Positions 36,799 to 46,477 of a DNA stretch of 64,000 nucleotides are shown piece by piece; the stretch's first letter is position 1, and every line of letters begins with the position of its first letter. Source of the DNA: Eledone cirrhosa (taxonomy: Eukaryota); contig OZ024745.1 in NCBI GenBank assembly GCA_964016885.1, positions 558,001 to 622,000 on the forward strand, read 5' to 3'. The position numbers and the translations under genes are program-made. The notes beneath the pieces are model-generated. The model did not search any database. It was not told the origin of the DNA and was given only the letters and a program-made list of their open reading frames with translations.

Positions 36799-39201
36799 AT
36801 GGATTATTACAACATAACCAATTCTACTAAAGACATTCCTATACCTGGTAAATCTGAATTCACCAAACTTCTTATTGAAAAAACTGACTCCTTCGTAAGA
36901 AGACTTAGATGGACAGCCTATTTCTATGACCAGCGCCTAAAAGGGAACTTTCATACCAAAGAACACAACTTCCTCGATCATCTTTTTAATTCCAGACGAA
37001 ATCCTCCTTCCAACAAAAATCTAGCACAATTCGAGGAAGAATTAACTAAAATTATAAAAAATCTTAAATTCAAGAGATACCCTTACAAAGGACAAGAGCA
37101 CCTTGTAAATCTCAAGAACACAATCTCTAACCTAAATTCCTCAAAAAATGTTTTAGTCCACTCTGACAAAACCAATAACCTATATGGTATTTCCAAGGAT
37201 AATTATAACAACCTTATCCTAAAGGAACTTAGGAAAAAGTATCGTAAAACCAACCATGAAAATTTAGAATGCATAAACCTTGAAGCCTATGAGATTATGT
37301 CAAAACTTGGCATTGAAAAAAAGACCGAACCATTCCTCCCAAGAACTCCGAGGATAAATCTCAAGGATCACAAAAACAATTTTCGCACTGAACTACCTGT
37401 TAGATTAATCGCCCCCTCTAAATCTGATCTGGGGGTTGTTAGTAAAGCCATCTTGGATAGGATTATCCCACAGGTTAGTTCTAATTGCTCTTCTTTAAAC
37501 CTAAATTTATGGTTTGGTACTTCTGAAGTGATTGGCTGGTTCAACAAATTGGATAATAAAAACAAACTAAAATTTATTCAATTCGATATTGCCAGCTACT
37601 ATTCCTCCATTTCGCCTTCACTTCTCAATAATGCTCTATCTTTCGCACTTAAATATTCTGACATCACCACAGATGAACTTCACATCATCCTCACCGCACG
37701 TAAAACCATCCTAGAGTTCAACAACGAATATTGGACCAGAGCCGATACCTCTAACAACTTCGACATCACAATGGGAGCATCCGATTCATCCCAATTGACT
37801 GATTTAATTGGTATCTTCATTTTGAACTCTTTGAGTCGGAAAATTCCTCAACTTCGCGGTGGAATTTATCGTGACGATGGACTCTTTACTATCCTAAATT
37901 GCAATATAGTTAAACTTAATATTATTAAGAACAATATACGTAATCTCTTTAACCAACATAACCTAAAAATTGAATTTGATAATAGTACCAAACTAGCTAA
38001 TTTCTTGGATGTATCTCTTAATCTTGACACTGGCCTATATTACCCTTACCATAAAAACAATGAGAATCTTAATTATGTTAACTTTAAATCTAACCATCCT
38101 ACCAATATCAAGAATGCTATAGTTAATAATATTGGAAATAGAATATCTAACATATCTTCTAATAAAAACATCTTTGATGCTAACGCCAATTACTATAATA
38201 ACGCACTTTCTAAAGCTGGCTATCCAGATAAAATCAAATATAATAAAGAAACAAATTCTAGGAAAACTTACAGTAGAATATTTAATCATAACCATTCCAA
38301 TAATTTTAATAAAAGACCTAGATACAAAAACATAATCTGGTATAATGCTCCTTTCTCCATCTCTATTAATAACAATATTCCTAAATTATTTTTTAGTGCC
38401 TTAAATAAATGCTTCCCTCCCTCACATATCTATAGTAAAATATTTAACAAACACACCATTAAATTTTCGTATTCTACATCCTCCAATATTTCCAACATCA
38501 TTTCTAAACACAACAACAAAATATTAAATACTAAATCTCTTCCTTCCAATATTGAATCTCATAATAACAATAATAGTACTCCTGACGTCATTGTAAACCC
38601 TAGGCTAACTTCTGTAAACCCAAATACAACGTCAAACACAACTTCGCTAAATGTTCATAATCCAACTCTAAATCAAGAAACTATTATTCCTATTATTCCT
38701 ATCGCAAACAACTTCTCCAATCCAATTCCTTCTATAGATAACACTAGATCACTCATTAATAATCTCTCTAATTGCAACTGCCGCATTAAAAATAAATGTC
38801 CTCTCAACAACCATTGCCTCGATAAAAACTTAATTTATGAATGTAAAATTATAACTAGCACCAACTCCTTCACCTATTTTGGCTCCACTTCCACCTCTTT
38901 TAAAGCTCGTCTCTATAATCATCATTCATCTTTCAAATACAAACTTAAAAGAACTAACACTGCTCTCTCAGAACTCATATGGTCCTTAAAAGACAAAAAC
39001 ATTAAATATAACATCTTTTGGAAAAAGATTTCTTCTGCATCCTCGTACTTGAACAGTTCTCTATCTAAAATCTGTAATCTCTGCCTAAATGAAAAATTTA
39101 CCATTATCTCTAACCTAGAATCCATAATAAATAGACGCTCGGATTTGTTTTCCATCTGCCTTCATAAATTCCATAGAACTTTTCACAAAGTATACAGTTA
39201 A
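36799..39201 (+). CDS. Penelope-like RT-GIY-YIG polyprotein, intact (800 aa from ATG 36799)
   Basis: Same motifs as the minus copy; N-terminal STKDIPIP..LIEK..F.RRLRW.AYF resembles Naiad-type PLE N-termini as I recall them. Confidence 0.93.
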   Translation: MDYYNITNSTKDIPIPGKSEFTKLLIEKTDSFVRRLRWTAYFYDQRLKGNFHTKEHNFLDHLFNSRRNPPSNKNLAQFEEELTKIIKNLKFKRYPYKGQEHLVNLKNTISNLNSSKNVLVHSDKTNNLYGISKDNYNNLILKELRKKYRKTNHENLECINLEAYEIMSKLGIEKKTEPFLPRTPRINLKDHKNNFRTELPVRLIAPSKSDLGVVSKAILDRIIPQVSSNCSSLNLNLWFGTSEVIGWFNKLDNKNKLKFIQFDIASYYSSISPSLLNNALSFALKYSDITTDELHIILTARKTILEFNNEYWTRADTSNNFDITMGASDSSQLTDLIGIFILNSLSRKIPQLRGGIYRDDGLFTILNCNIVKLNIIKNNIRNLFNQHNLKIEFDNSTKLANFLDVSLNLDTGLYYPYHKNNENLNYVNFKSNHPTNIKNAIVNNIGNRISNISSNKNIFDANANYYNNALSKAGYPDKIKYNKETNSRKTYSRIFNHNHSNNFNKRPRYKNIIWYNAPFSISINNNIPKLFFSALNKCFPPSHIYSKIFNKHTIKFSYSTSSNISNIISKHNNKILNTKSLPSNIESHNNNNSTPDVIVNPRLTSVNPNTTSNTTSLNVHNPTLNQETIIPIIPIANNFSNPIPSIDNTRSLINNLSNCNCRIKNKCPLNNHCLDKNLIYECKIITSTNSFTYFGSTSTSFKARLYNHHSSFKYKLKRTNTALSELIWSLKDKNIKYNIFWKKISSASSYLNSSLSKICNLCLNEKFTIISNLESIINRRSDLFSICLHKFHRTFHKVYS

Positions 39202-39256
39202 TATTCAATTCTTTATCAATTTAGAATCTTTTCTCAAAGGCACATATACATACACC

Positions 39257-40320
39257 TCTTTAAAATATACCCATCTACCTTACTTTAAAGGGCATTATAC
39301 ACTCTATAGTACTCGTTTATTCATTTACCTCATCCTATCTTCTCGTAAAACAATAACATTTGTTTTTGACATTTTGAATATTCATCCGCAATCATTATTA
39401 TTTTTTTCCCTCTATCATAAATCTTTTTAATCTCAATTTCATCCTTAATTTATTATTATATATATTTTTTTAATATATACTCATATATTCTTTAAAATAT
39501 ACCCATCTACCTTACTTTAAAGGGCATTATACACTCTATAATACCCGTTTACTCATCACCCTCATTATATCTCTTCGTAAAACAATAACATTTGTTTTTG
39601 ACATTTTGAGTATTCATCCGCAATCATTATTATTTTTTCTCTCTATCATAAATCTTTTTAATCTCAATTTCATCCTTAATTTATTATTATTATTATTTTT
39701 TTTTTTTTCTCCCCATCAACAAACTCATTATTAATACATATGAATTCAATATAAATTTTTCTCAAATCCTATACATAAACATTTTCTCTTTGCTAATTTT
39801 AAGATTCCTACATTTCTCCTTTTGAATATTCACCCACAATTATTATTTTTTTCTCTCTATCTCCATACATAATCTCCCTTCGTTATTTTTTCTCTCTATC
39901 TCCATACATAATTTCCCTTCGTTAATTTTCAAATTCCTTTAATTTATACATTATCTTCCAACGGTTCCCAACCTCTCTATATTAAAACATTATATCTTTT
40001 TCTCAGTTATAAAAACTATCTCTTTCTCTCTATCACCCATCTCTCCCTTTCCACCTTCACTCTCATCTCCTCCCCTTTTTTTCATCCTTTCCACCCCCAC
40101 CCCTCCCTAAATATAATATATTTTTTCCTCGCACATATCCTCCCTTCGTTAATTTTCAAAATTTTTAATTTATACAGTATCTTCCAACGGTTTTCAACCC
40201 CTCTATATAATATATATCTCCTCTCTGTTATAAAAACTATCTCTTTCTCTCTATCACCCATCTCTCCCTCTCATCTCCTTCCCTTTTCATCCTTTTCTCT
40301 CCCCCCCTCTCTAAATAAAA
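39257..40320 (+). repeat. Internal duplications in the PLE 3' non-coding region: a ~200-bp pair (39257, 39489), a ~37-bp pair (~39845-39920) and a ~200-bp pair (~39914, 40141)
   Basis: Direct comparison; the same pattern is present in all three element copies. Confidence 0.85.
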
Positions 40321-40423
40321 TATTTTTCCCAATATCACACATCAATCTAAAACCACTTTTCATATGTTGATTTAAAACTGCACTATCAACAAGTGTTTTT
40401 TTAGCCTTCATATCATGTTCTCC

Positions 40424-40494
40424 TATTTTATCTGATGAAAACACAAATATTATTGTTTAATGATGTTTGTTTTTGAAATGCGCATAATAAAATA
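40424..40494 (+). ncRNA. Type I hammerhead ribozyme (copy 3)
   Basis: Identical to 36524-36594, offset 3900 bp. Confidence 0.9.
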
Positions 40495-40618
40495 TATTGA
40501 ACTCCTTTAACCATCTTTTGATCTTATATTATGCATACTCCAGTCCCACAAACTGTAGAGTGCTTCTTATCCGATATCTGCATTGCTTTATTGTACTACA
40601 ATAAAACTCACCTCCTAC

Positions 40619-40649
<31 letters not shown>

Positions 40650-41173
40650 CACATATCATCATCGTCCGCTTGTCCCTGCTTGCAAGGGTGGGACTAATAT
40701 ATATGCATAGACATTTATACACATACATACTCATACACATCCAAACACATACACAGACGCCTTAGGAATTGGCATATATTCAGAAACTACTATAAATATA
40801 ATATAGTGTACATTATACACGTGCAAGGGAAAACCACCGCTGAGTGTATATATGCTTACACAATTCCCAGCTGTTGTATTGTATAGACTGTAATAGTTGA
40901 AATAATATTTCCAATGTATATTTGGTAATATTGTTTGAACTAGGTTCCTCAATCTGATCTAGATGGAAGTTAAATATGAGTTGGGACAGACTAATAAATA
41001 TATTTACAATATCAGACAAGCCATATATTTAATATACCTATCTCTGCTGCAAGGATACAGAATAATCAATCTTGTGTGTGTGTATATATATATGTGTGTG
41101 AGAGAGTCCCAAGTTCAATCGGGGGTAACCACAGCAAGAAAGGTACTCAATAGATTAGTAGAGTGTAAACATC

Positions 41174-41304
41174 AAGTTTAATATAGAAATGGCTTCTGCA
41201 GGACTAGAACCGTTTCATTCTAAACAAATCATCACGATTTTCCTTGTGGTTTCTTTTGAATGAAACAGTTATAGTCCTGTAGAAGCCATTTCTATATTAA
41301 ACTT
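41174..41304. repeat. Fold-back with ~47-bp inverted arms
   Basis: AAGTTTAATATAGAAATGGCTTCTGCAGGACTAGAACCGTTTCATTC vs GAATGAAACAGTTATAGTCCTGTAGAAGCCATTTCTATATTAAACTT. Confidence 0.85.
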
Positions 41305-41343
41305 TATATATATATATATATATAAAATTATAGTAGGAGAATA

Positions 41344-41388
<45 letters not shown>

Positions 41389-41414
41389 ATGTTAAGAAAG
41401 CCAAGGATAGGATA

Positions 41415-41678
41415 ATACGGGGTCGATAAAATAAAGTACCAGTAATGCACTGGATTAATTGCTGGCCTTGTGTCTAAAGTAGAAACAATTGTTATTTCAG
41501 TATCGGTAGAGCGTCAGACGCCATGCTTTGCAGTATAAGGTTATGGCTATTTACGTTCTGAGTTCAAATCCCGCCGAGGTAAATTTTACTTTTCATCCTT
41601 ACCGGGTCGATAAAATAAAGTAAAAGTAATGCACTAGGGTAATTACTGGCCTTGTGCCAAAAGTAGAAACAATTATTA
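41415..41678 (+). mobile_element. tRNA-derived SINE(s): a 3' fragment followed by a near-complete copy
   Basis: TCGGTAGAGCGTCAGAC head, GAGTTCAAATCCC B box, GGGTCGATAAAATAAAGT and CTGGCCTTGTG.C.AAAGTAGAAAC tail present twice. Confidence 0.75.
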
Positions 41679-41928
41679 TCTATTTATACATCTCTATGAA
41701 CGTTTTCACTCCTGAAGAAGAGAGGACGGTAAAGTGCATCGAGCTTATCTCATCTTACCAATGAAAATAGTAAAGTACTACACTATATATATATATATAT
41801 ATATTATATATATTATATATATATATGGTGTGTATGTATGTGGTATATTCGTCCTGAATTAAAATATGTTAAACCCCATAATTTTGCATCTATCCACACA
41901 GAAATAAACGAAACAGACCATACATGTG

Positions 41929-41963
<35 letters not shown>

Positions 41964-43159
41964 ATTTAAGGTATCGCAACATATATATGTATGATGCTTG
42001 TCTCTCAGTAGAAAAGCTCAAACGCTATATAGCTCTTTCTCTGTATTTATATATATATTATATATATATATTATATATATATTATATATATATATATTAT
42101 ATATATATTATATATATATATATATATATGTTATGGAATACTGTTAGCTTCTCGCTACAACAATTTCTATACTTTTCATTTATATATATATATATACATA
42201 CATACATATATCTTTTAATTTGAATAATTATATATATATATATATAATCATTATACGTGTGTTATACTGGAACATGAAAATCAGTGACCTGTAGTGTAGA
42301 GTTGACCTGACATATAGACTGACCAGTAGCTAACATTGGTGTATATCTATACACCTTCTCCTCGACTTTCACAATTAATTCATTTTTTCAGGTAGCGAAA
42401 TTGTTGTCTTTATGTCCATGCTTTTTTCCCCTAAATCTATTATCATTGTATATGTTTAATATATTATATTTATAAGGTTCTTAGCAATAATTAATTGATT
42501 ATAAGTATGTATTTCTATTTAATCTTATATATTTATTATATGATAATAAAAATGTTGTTGTTTTTCTCTAAAGTGAAAAACGAAGTAGCACCAAACCAAA
42601 TGATTTTAAATACTTGTTTTGTCTATTTTAGGGGAGGGAAGAGAAAAATAAACATTTACAAAATCCAAAGTATTTGTATTACAAGAGAAACGTATAGAAA
42701 GCCACACATAACTATAAGATATTTGTAATAAGACAGGTTTACCTAGGTGTATCTGATATTTTAATAATCATCGGTTTTTTCCTGAAGGGCATTAACAATG
42801 TTAGTAGAAAATGGTCCTAGGCTTAGACACAATGTGAATAACACAAACTCACACACACTTATGTATATTATATATACACATATATATGTGTGTGTGTGTA
42901 TAATTATAGATATTTTACACACATATAAAACATTAATATAGGTATTGATAAGAATAGATGGCGGTAAAATAATTAAACCGGGATATTGTTTGGAAAGTAG
43001 ATTATTGGATTAGAGGTTAGTGGCTGTGAAAAGGTGTTTGTTACTACTTCTTCCCACCTGAGTTTGGTAGGAATGTCTATAGTAGAGGGCAACAACGATT
43101 GGGGAAGAAATATAAATTACAATAGACATATATGAAGGATTCTTCACATTCAACACTTC

Positions 43160-43211
43160 TCTCATATATATATATATGTGTGTGTGTGTTTATACATAAT
43201 TTTAAAAAATG

Positions 43212-43247
<36 letters not shown>

Positions 43248-43292
43248 CATACACGTATGTGTGTGTGTATACATAATTTAAAAAAATGTATG

Positions 43293-43325
<33 letters not shown>

Positions 43326-43815
43326 GTGTGTGTGTGCGTGTATATACATAAAAATGTATGTATATATACACACACACGTGTGTGCGTGTATAAACATAAT
43401 AAAAATGTATGTATATATATATACACACATGTGTGTGCGTGTAATACATAATAAAAATGTATGTATATATATATACACACATATATGTGTGTGCGTGTAA
43501 TACATAATAAAAATGTATGTATATATATATACACACATATGTGTGTGCGTGTAATACATAATAAAAATGTATGTATATAGATATACACAAACTTAGATGG
43601 AAATGCTTCAATGAATAATCAATGAAAATAATTTTTTTTAATGATATTAATATAAATATATACACACGAATATAAGTATGCGGTTGCCGTTATATATATA
43701 TAATGTACACATTATATATATATATATATATATATAATTTTTTATATATATATATATATATTATAATTTTTTTATAATATATATATATATATATATATGT
43801 GTGTGTATATATAAT
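43160..43815. repeat. Compound (TA)/(CA)/(TG) microsatellite with a ~57-bp higher-order unit
   Basis: ACATAATAAAAATGTATG(TA)n(CA)n(TG)n repeated about 6 times. Confidence 0.85.
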
Positions 43816-44252
43816 CTGAGTCTTTCGAATATTAATAATAATATTCTATTCGTTTTCAATTATGCAAACAGTCTCTTTGTTAAAGCCATGTCAGTAGAAT
43901 GAGCCCCTCATTCTTGATATACATATATATATGTGTGTAAATTAATGTTTGTTCTCGCAAATATATCCCCATAAATGGAATAATTGTCATATATATAAAC
44001 ACATACATATAAATATATGTATCTGTTTATATATATATGTATGTGTGTGTATTAGACACAAATTAAAAGTAATAAAAATGGAAAGAATAGTTTATCTATT
44101 TTTATTTTCTTTGGTCAAAAATGCTGATAATACGGGGGACGAAAAGGCAAGGGTGAATCTAAGAGATACAAGTTGTGAATGAGGAAGATGGGAAGAAGAA
44201 ACAGCGAAGACACTGAAGTAGAGGAAGAATTAAAAGGAAGAGAAGATCTTAC

Positions 44253-44393
44253 CTGGGTACGTTGTCGTGAAGTACGGTTGTTCCAGAGGCCAGTCAATCC
44301 ACCCCCTCCAGCCCAACCACCCTCAGTCGGGGTACATGGCTCACTCCGTTGAGAATGGACTTGAAGTGAAGATCTACGACGATGGGAGGGCAT
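44253..44393 (-). CDS. Putative first coding exon of an unidentified host gene (MPSHRRRSSLQVHSQRSEPCTPTEGGWAGGGGLTGLWNNRTSRQRTQ)
   Basis: Non-repetitive, GC/CpG-rich island in AT-rich DNA; ATG in context CCGAACATGC; ends at a strong donor CAG|GTAAG in phase 0; no homology recognised. Confidence 0.5.
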
Positions 44394-44399
44394 GTTCGG

Positions 44400-44640
44400 C
44401 GGTGGAGGTAGCGGAGGCGTATCCAGGGCGGCTGCTACCGGTTTAATGATGGTAAAAACTGGTCTTTTAATAAACGATGACGACGGCGATAATAACGTCG
44501 ATGACAGTAAACAACTACTACCTTACTTAGAACTAATCACAAGTTGGTGTCAAGTAGAAGATCCGGTCCCGGTAGTAAATTGATGGACGGACCTTTCGAA
44601 TTGGTTCTCTCTAACATAGATACAGGGGGCGGGGTATGTA
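44400..44640 (-). promoter_or_regulatory. Putative CpG-rich 5' UTR/promoter with a GC box
   Basis: Many CpGs; GGGGGCGGGG at 44625-44634. Confidence 0.35.
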
Positions 44641-44661
44641 TGTGTGTGTATATATGTGTGA

Positions 44662-44698
<37 letters not shown>

Positions 44699-44859
44699 GT
44701 GAATATATATATATATATGTGTGAGTATATATATATATATGTGTATGTATTATAGCGTTTATTTTGGCGTTTATCTTCCTGTTTTTTTAGAGGTGAACAA
44801 AATCTGATAAATTGGAATTTCTCCTTGAGCGGAGAAAGAAGCCACCCAAATATATAATA

Positions 44860-45235
44860 TTACTACATATCCCCAGATACCACAGTTGTGAAGAAACCAC
44901 TCCTAATGTTACTACATATCCCCAGATACCACAGTTGTGAAGAAGCCACCCCTAATGTTACTACATGCCCCCAGATACGGCAGTTGTGAAGAAGCCACCC
45001 CTAATGTTACTACATGCCCCCAGATACGGCAGTTGTGAAGAAGCCACCCCTAATGTTACTACATGTCCCCAGATACGGCAGTTGTGAAGAAGCCACCCCT
45101 AATGTTACTACATGTCCCCAGATACGGCAGTTGTGAAGAAGCCACCCCTAATGTTACTACATGTCCCCAGATACCACAGGTGTGAAGAAGCCACCCCTAA
45201 TGTTACTACATGTCCCCAGATACCACAGTTGTAGC
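44860..45235. repeat. 49-bp minisatellite (TACTACATGTCCCCAGATACGGCAGTTGTGAAGAAGCCACCCCTAATGT), ~7.5 units
   Basis: Direct reading. Confidence 0.95.
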
Positions 45236-46477
45236 TTCTTCTTTTTCTTTTACTCCATTAAATTTACTCCACTTTCTCTCTATCGGGTTTTTTAAACCTC
45301 TTTTTCAATCATCTCTTTTTTGTAAGCTTCTCCCTCTTTCTCATTTGTGTGTGTTTTATTTCATTTAATATATTTTATTTTTCATTTCAAAATTACAACT
45401 TTCTAAATATACCTTTTACTCCTACTGCTTTCCTATGATGTTTATCTATATAACATTCGTTAATGTATGTTATATGTGTGTGTAATTGTATTCTGCTTCT
45501 AGACTTCTACACATGTAATTATGTGTCAGTGTGTCTGTATGTAAATATATAATACTTAATAGGCTGAACAATGTTTGTGTCAATTATTCCAGTGTGTGAG
45601 TTGGTTTTAAATTGCAAATTTGTCTTAATTCGTTGTACAGGGTTGTACAACCAGTGTGTAAATAAATAATGCATTACTTCAGTTTTACAAAATATATTCC
45701 ATGTTTTATTTGGCGATCTTGGATGTTTTACAATCCCAACGAAATAATATATGTTTGTTAGTTTTGTTTATTCACAAACATATATATATGTATGAAAGAA
45801 ATGTATTTACAGTATATATATATTATATATTCCAAAATATCTCCTTGGGAGACAAGTATAAATTAAGAGTGTGAGCTTGCTTTTAGTTAGTTTACAGATC
45901 TTTATCTGGAGAGAAAGAATCCCTTCCACTGAAATAATGTGGGAAATCATTTATCACTAATCCTTTCATTGTGAGTGGCGAGCACAACAGCATCAGAGAA
46001 CATCTGCCAAATTTTAATTTTTTTTCTTTAATACCATTATTAGTATTTTCACTAGCTGCTACCATCATGTACTTGCGATGACCGAAAACAATCTTACCAG
46101 GAATTCTTAGTCGTGTTTGCAGTCGCAAAGCTTCACATCTCTTCTATTAGAATCCCATACGCGTTTTTGGATACCTCCAAAAAGAGGAATATATTAGCCT
46201 TTTTTATGTGAATCTTCTGTCTAGTATTTAGTTAAACTCCCTAGTTGTGGGATATGGAAGGGGATGTGTCGTGCTCAGTGTTATTCCAATGGTCTGAAAG
46301 TGCTTCAGTTAATCTACTAATTTTAATCAGTGGTTGCAAGGTTACATATATGCTTTCCTTTAGTCAACATTTGTTTTATTTATATACTAATCGAGCATTT
46401 TAGTGAGTAACATTTGGTTATGTTGTTGAGACACTAACAGGCGAAGTATGAATCTTCTATTGTTTTCGTATGTCGAT

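Larger units (their letters stand above)
30137..40620. mobile_element. Penelope-like retroelement (Naiad-like) composite insertion: inverted copy 30137-33954, 5'-truncated copy 33953-36720, full unit 36721-40620
   Basis: Three near-identical copies; RT + GIY-YIG ORF; hammerhead in each copy; (AT)n on both flanks. Confidence 0.95.

Noticed and set aside
31473-39201. Retron, group II intron or DGR reverse transcriptase
   Set aside because: C-terminal GIY-YIG, hammerheads and pseudo-LTR tandem structure identify a Penelope-like element
36799-40620. Selenoprotein-type Naiad (in-frame UGA plus SECIS)
   Set aside because: The ORF has no in-frame TGA, ends in TAA, and the Cys motifs use normal Cys codons; no convincing SECIS seen by eye
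41920-43820. YIYI/HTHT-type ORFs
   Set aside because: Microsatellite translations
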